Below are positions 26,534-30,302 of a stretch of DNA of 30,302 bases, piece by piece; within the stretch, counting starts at the first letter, position 1; each line of letters opens with the position of its first letter. A model generated the notes under the pieces. That model was not told the origin of the DNA. It saw nothing but the letters and a program-made list of their open reading frames with translations, and searched no databases. The DNA lies in NCBI GenBank assembly GCA_039679675.1, contig JBDKUN010000053.1:1-30302 (forward strand). Reading direction: 5' to 3'. This DNA comes from Armatimonadota bacterium (GTDB lineage: Bacteria; Armatimonadota; UBA5829; DTLH01). A program made the translations under genes and the position numbers.

Positions 26534-27154
26534 CTACTTTCGCTTCTTTTTGATTATGGTGGCTCCCAGCCCTGAAAGGACAATCCCAAGCGCTGGTAAT
26601 GACGACGGCTCCGGGATGGCTGTGACCGTGAACGCGTGGTTTTGCAGGGTGTATAAATCGTCTTCAAGCGGACGGAGTGCCAGGTAGTCCCAAAGGACAA
26701 GCGTTCCCATTACCGGCTCGCCGACAGGTTGTTCCCCCTCATAGTTTTGATATGTAGCCGCACCGTCTCCATTGAATCGATAACCGATCAGAAGCTGCGC
26801 CGTGTAACCGGAAGGAGTATCGGAAGCCCAGTCGATGTGTCCGCCGTATCCATCATAATTAAATGTTGCATAGGGGTCGCGGACCAAGCTGCCGGAGTTG
26901 TCTATGGTTCCTGTTGCCGCCCAACTCCCTGAAAAAAGCAGTTGCCAGGCATGGGTGCTCGATCCGCCTCCACCGGTTGATGTCGCTCTGCTGTTCAACG
27001 AAAGTCTCCCGTCGCTGAAGGTGAAAGTCAGGTCGCGGGGACAATACTTGTCGCTCGGTGTCCACGAAGGGTCCATTTGAAAAACAGTCCATGTATCGGC
27101 GTGAACGCCAGAAATAGTAAGAATGGTCAGCATTGAAAGAAGCAAGAATCGCAT
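26534..27154 (-). CDS. PEP-CTERM sorting-domain surface protein
   Basis: Signal peptide ending VHA; C-terminal IPEPSSL followed by a TM helix and KKKRK; AAGGAGG SD before ATG 27154. Confidence 0.9.
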   Translation of the reverse strand: MRFLLLSMLTILTISGVHADTWTVFQMDPSWTPSDKYCPRDLTFTFSDGRLSLNSRATSTGGGGSSTHAWQLLFSGSWAATGTIDNSGSLVRDPYATFNYDGYGGHIDWASDTPSGYTAQLLIGYRFNGDGAATYQNYEGEQPVGEPVMGTLVLWDYLALRPLEDDLYTLQNHAFTVTAIPEPSSLPALGIVLSGLGATIIKKKRK

Positions 27155-27173
27155 GGTCTTTCCCTCCTTTGTA

Positions 27174-27355
27174 TTTTGAAACGCGGATTGCACGGATAAA
27201 ACAGATTTTGTAAATGGTAGAGATTTAAAGCATCTACAACAAGACCCTCAAGTCTCCATCAATCCCTTTTATTTTGCTTCGGTTTGCTTGCCACCGAAGC
27301 CGACACCATAGGTGTCGAGTATTTGACAATGCTTCGCGCATTTCGCGATTCAAAA
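27174..27355 (-). mobile_element. MITE-like structured intergenic element, copy 2
   Basis: Reverse complement aligns end-to-end with 18744-18944, with one 21-bp deletion between GCGCGAAG direct repeats. Confidence 0.8.
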
Positions 27356-27364
27356 ATCCTTTCC

Positions 27365-29482
27365 TCAAAACGAACACGTCCCCGCAGGGCATCCGCCGGC
27401 GAACTCGGACTCAGCCGATACGATTTCATCCTCCCCTAGCTCGCGGGCGAGCACCGGGCCGATGTAGAGCACCTGCTCAGGCTTGCTCCCGTAGCGGTAG
27501 ACAGTTATCCCCTTGCAGCCGAGCCTGTAGGCCAGTAGATAGATCCTTCGGACGTCCTCCGGCGTTGCCTCCCTCGGCAGGTTCACCGTCTTCGAGACCG
27601 CATTGTCCGCGTACCGCTGGAACGCAGCCTGCATGCGGACATGCCACTCCGGGTCGATGTCCATCGATGTCACAAACAGCCTTCTTGCATCCTTAGGGAC
27701 CTGTTCAAGTGACTGTATCGAACCGTGGCGGGCGATTTCCATCATCAAGTCGCGCGAATAGAGACCCAGTTCCTTCGCAATCCTTTCGAAACCACTGTTT
27801 ACTTCGAGAAGCCGCGTCCCCTCCATCACATCCCGCACATATGCGACGGCAAACAATGGCTCTATCCCGCTGGATGCGCTTGCGATAATCGAGATAGTTC
27901 CTGTAGGAGCCACAGAAGTGATTGTGGCGTTTCGCCGGGGCCTTGCGCCGGGCTCGTCCCATATGCTGCCCCCGTAGTTCGGGAAAGCACCTCTCTTCTC
28001 CGCCAGATCCTGCGACATTTTCACTGCCTCATCGTGGATGAACGCCATCACCTTTTCACCGAACGCGAGCGCTTCTTCCGAGTCGTAAGGGATTCCGAGG
28101 TGGATCAATGCGTCGGCAAGCCCCATTACTCCGAGCCCGATCTTTCGGTTGGCGTGGGTGGTTTCAGTGATCTCCGGCAGAGGGTATTTGCCCGCATCAA
28201 TGACATTGTCCAGAAAATGGACTGCGGAGCGGACGGTCATCCGCAGCTTATCGTAATCCACTCTGCCGCCGGCTATCATCTTGCCGAGGTTGATCGACCC
28301 GAGGTTGCACGACTCATACGGAAGGAGCGGGACTTCTCCGCACGGGTTCGTAGCTTCAATTTGCCCGATTTGAGGCGTGGGATTGCTCTCGTTTATCCTG
28401 TCAAGGAATATAATTCCCGGGTCGCCGGTCTGCCAGACGTTTGAAATGATCATATCGAATACATTTCTGGCGCGGAGCCGTTTTACTGGAGTATTTGTGC
28501 GCGGGTTTATCAGATCATACTCTTCATCGCGCTCTACAGCCTGCATAAATGCGTCAGTTACGCCTACCGAGATGTTGAAATTATCCAGTACACCCGGTTG
28601 AGACTTCAGGGTAATGAACTCAAGGATATCGGGGTGATCGACCCTCAAAATGCCCATATTCGCGCCGCGCCTTCGGCCGCCCTGCTTGATGGTGTTGGTT
28701 GCTTCGTCGAATATCTTCATAAATGAGATCGGGCCGGATGCTATTCCCATCGTCGATTTGACCAGGTCGCCCCTTGGACGGAGCTTCGAGAACGAAAAGC
28801 CGGTCCCTCCGCCCGACTGGTGGATTAGCGCCATGTTCTTCAGCGCTGTGAAAATGCCGTCCATCGAGTCTTCGACAGGGATAACGAAGCATGCAGCAAG
28901 CTGCCCGATACCCGTTCCGGCATTCATCAGCGTTGGGGAGTTCGGAAGGAACTCAAGCTCAGACATGAGCTCATAAAACTCTTCTTCGGTGGCGGAGATG
29001 TCAGCTTTCGGATTGTAATTGATATCTGGCTCGGCGACAGCACGCGCAACACGCTTGAAGAGCTGCGAAGGGGTTTCGACTACGTTCCCGTGTTCATCCT
29101 TGACAAGATACCGTCGCTTGAGCACACTTACAGCGTTTATTCCGAGCTTCAGGTCGTCTTCGACGCCGATGAACCGTTTTACGCTCCGCATCTCGGCGCG
29201 CTGTTCTCTGTAGAGGATGTAAGCCTTGGCGGTCTCCGGGTAGCCCTCTTCCATCAGGACACGCTCGACTATATCCTGAATGTCTTCAACGCGCGGAATT
29301 CTTCCGGCGAACTGTTCCTTAACAACGGAAACCACTCTTTCGGCCAAACGCTCCGCCACATCTCCATCCTGCTGGTTCGTAGCATCGAGAGCTTTCTTGA
29401 TTGCCCGGGCAATCTTCCAGGGATGGAACTCCTCCGGCCGTCCATCGCGCTTAAATATCCTATCAATCGCGGTATGAGCCAT
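27365..29482 (-). CDS. nrdJ: Adenosylcobalamin-dependent (class II) ribonucleotide reductase with N-terminal ATP cone
   Basis: KRDG...KI..AI ATP cone; PNSPTLMNAG, LAACF, QGGRRRGANM, TNPCGE, ESCNLGSIN, APTGTIS, SKTVN, CKGITVYR; C-terminal CPAGTC; no beta subunit nearby. Confidence 0.93.
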   Translation of the reverse strand: MAHTAIDRIFKRDGRPEEFHPWKIARAIKKALDATNQQDGDVAERLAERVVSVVKEQFAGRIPRVEDIQDIVERVLMEEGYPETAKAYILYREQRAEMRSVKRFIGVEDDLKLGINAVSVLKRRYLVKDEHGNVVETPSQLFKRVARAVAEPDINYNPKADISATEEEFYELMSELEFLPNSPTLMNAGTGIGQLAACFVIPVEDSMDGIFTALKNMALIHQSGGGTGFSFSKLRPRGDLVKSTMGIASGPISFMKIFDEATNTIKQGGRRRGANMGILRVDHPDILEFITLKSQPGVLDNFNISVGVTDAFMQAVERDEEYDLINPRTNTPVKRLRARNVFDMIISNVWQTGDPGIIFLDRINESNPTPQIGQIEATNPCGEVPLLPYESCNLGSINLGKMIAGGRVDYDKLRMTVRSAVHFLDNVIDAGKYPLPEITETTHANRKIGLGVMGLADALIHLGIPYDSEEALAFGEKVMAFIHDEAVKMSQDLAEKRGAFPNYGGSIWDEPGARPRRNATITSVAPTGTISIIASASSGIEPLFAVAYVRDVMEGTRLLEVNSGFERIAKELGLYSRDLMMEIARHGSIQSLEQVPKDARRLFVTSMDIDPEWHVRMQAAFQRYADNAVSKTVNLPREATPEDVRRIYLLAYRLGCKGITVYRYGSKPEQVLYIGPVLARELGEDEIVSAESEFAGGCPAGTCSF

Positions 29483-29788
29483 AATTACAGCCTCATTTCG
29501 AGTGAATACCCGCTATTTTACCCATAGTTTATGCGAATTATTGTATTTGCCAAATGAGCCTGCCATAGAGTCGTGATCTAAGCATATATTCATGCTGTCG
29601 GCGGACGAATACCGCATTTAGGGCATTTTATTCACCGATTTAGCCATCATTCAGGCTTGTGAGCAGGGAGGAAAAGTCGGTAAGTAGATGCCGAAATTAC
29701 ATTTTTCCCTAAAGTTTTTCTTTAAAGGGCACTTTAGAAGGAGGAATGTATATGCGCGTTGTCGAATAAAATCCGAAACAGGCTTATA

Positions 29789-29816
29789 TTACCAGCCGAA
29801 GCGACGGACATATAAT
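29789..29816 (+). promoter_or_regulatory. Possible sigma70 promoter of the small Cys4 gene
   Basis: TTACCA-N16-TATAAT. Confidence 0.4.
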
Positions 29817-29898
29817 ATCTACATATTTATAGGCCAGGTTGCCCCGATAACCCGGCAATCAGGCAAGGAATTATATCGGGAGGGAGGTGACTGTTATA

Positions 29899-30042
29899 AT
29901 GGAGGCATATTGCGTAAAGTGCAAGGCGAAGAGGGAGATGAAGGACCCTCAGCCCGTCACTATGAAGAACGGAAAGCCGGCGACCAAGGGGACTTGCCCG
30001 GTCTGCGGAACCGGTATGTACAGAATCGGATCCAGCAAGTAA
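29899..30042 (+). CDS. 47-aa DUF5679-like zinc-ribbon protein (not in ORF track)
   Basis: MEAYCVKCKAKREMKDPQPVTMKNGKPATKGTCPVCGTGMYRIGSSK; GGAGGTGA SD 8 nt upstream. Confidence 0.9.
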   Translation: MEAYCVKCKAKREMKDPQPVTMKNGKPATKGTCPVCGTGMYRIGSSK

Positions 30043-30070
30043 GCCGCATCCGATTATAAAGAAAAAGTGT

Positions 30071-30098
30071 TGGCGGGCTCGCAGAAGCCCGCCATTTT
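30071..30098 (+). terminator. Intrinsic terminator after the small gene
   Basis: TGGCGGG...CCCGCCA stem followed by TTTT. Confidence 0.6.
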
Positions 30099-30182
30099 CG
30101 CGCCTGTTGCGGCGATATTGAGCTCGGAAACTCCCGTTTGGCAAGCATGCATAAAATAATACAAAAAATGTGAATAAACCGC

Positions 30183-30215
30183 TTGACATAGGTATAGGGG
30201 CAGTAGTATTATAAT
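30183..30215 (+). promoter_or_regulatory. Strong sigma70 promoter with A-rich UP element
   Basis: TTGACA-N18-TATTAT (TATAAT overlapping); A tracts at 30152-30177. Confidence 0.6.
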
Positions 30216-30265
30216 CAAGTCGCCCGGGGCGGTAGATTGCTCTGGGCTATTTTATGCGAAGAGTC

Positions 30266-30302
30266 AAAAAAAGTGATTGACTTCACAAAGACTCTGAGGT
30301 AT
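30266..30302 (+). promoter_or_regulatory. Second promoter, truncated by the window end
   Basis: A7 tract, then TTGACT-N17-TAT at the sequence end. Confidence 0.55.

Noticed and set aside
29483..29830. NrdR box or cobalamin riboswitch upstream of nrdJ
   Set aside because: Only a weak NrdR-like match near 29810-29825; the B12-box-like GCCAAATGAGCCTGCC is on the wrong strand and lacks the other elements
29688..30059. 123-aa ORF and overlapping minus-strand ORFs
   Set aside because: The 47-aa Cys4 ORF in another frame has the SD and a recognisable motif

Overview
Bacterial chromosomal window of moderately high GC. The PEP-CTERM protein, the Gly-rich lipoprotein, an outer-membrane beta-barrel protein and Terrabacteria-like core genes suggest Armatimonadota; this is inference only. 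Core genes: dnaE, gpsA, rimI-tsaD, mutL and class II RNR nrdJ. Accessory blocks: (i) an SMR/EamA flippase with two GT-C-type membrane glycosyltransferases; (ii) a four-gene minus-strand operon (isochorismatase-like, beta-propeller, GATase-like/deacetylase fusion, DegT aminotransferase); (iii) an AT-richer orphan immunity-like gene pair; (iv) two tandem MATE paralogs; (v) a lipoprotein plus a PEP-CTERM protein. Two small Cys4 proteins are below the ORF-track length cutoff. The most striking non-coding signal is a family of ~180-245 bp intergenic elements with terminal inverted repeats and an internal twin-hairpin core showing compensatory changes. There are three full copies, each in sense orientation just after a stop codon, plus several isolated arms. 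The window ends in tandem sigma70 promoters resembling rrn P1/P2.
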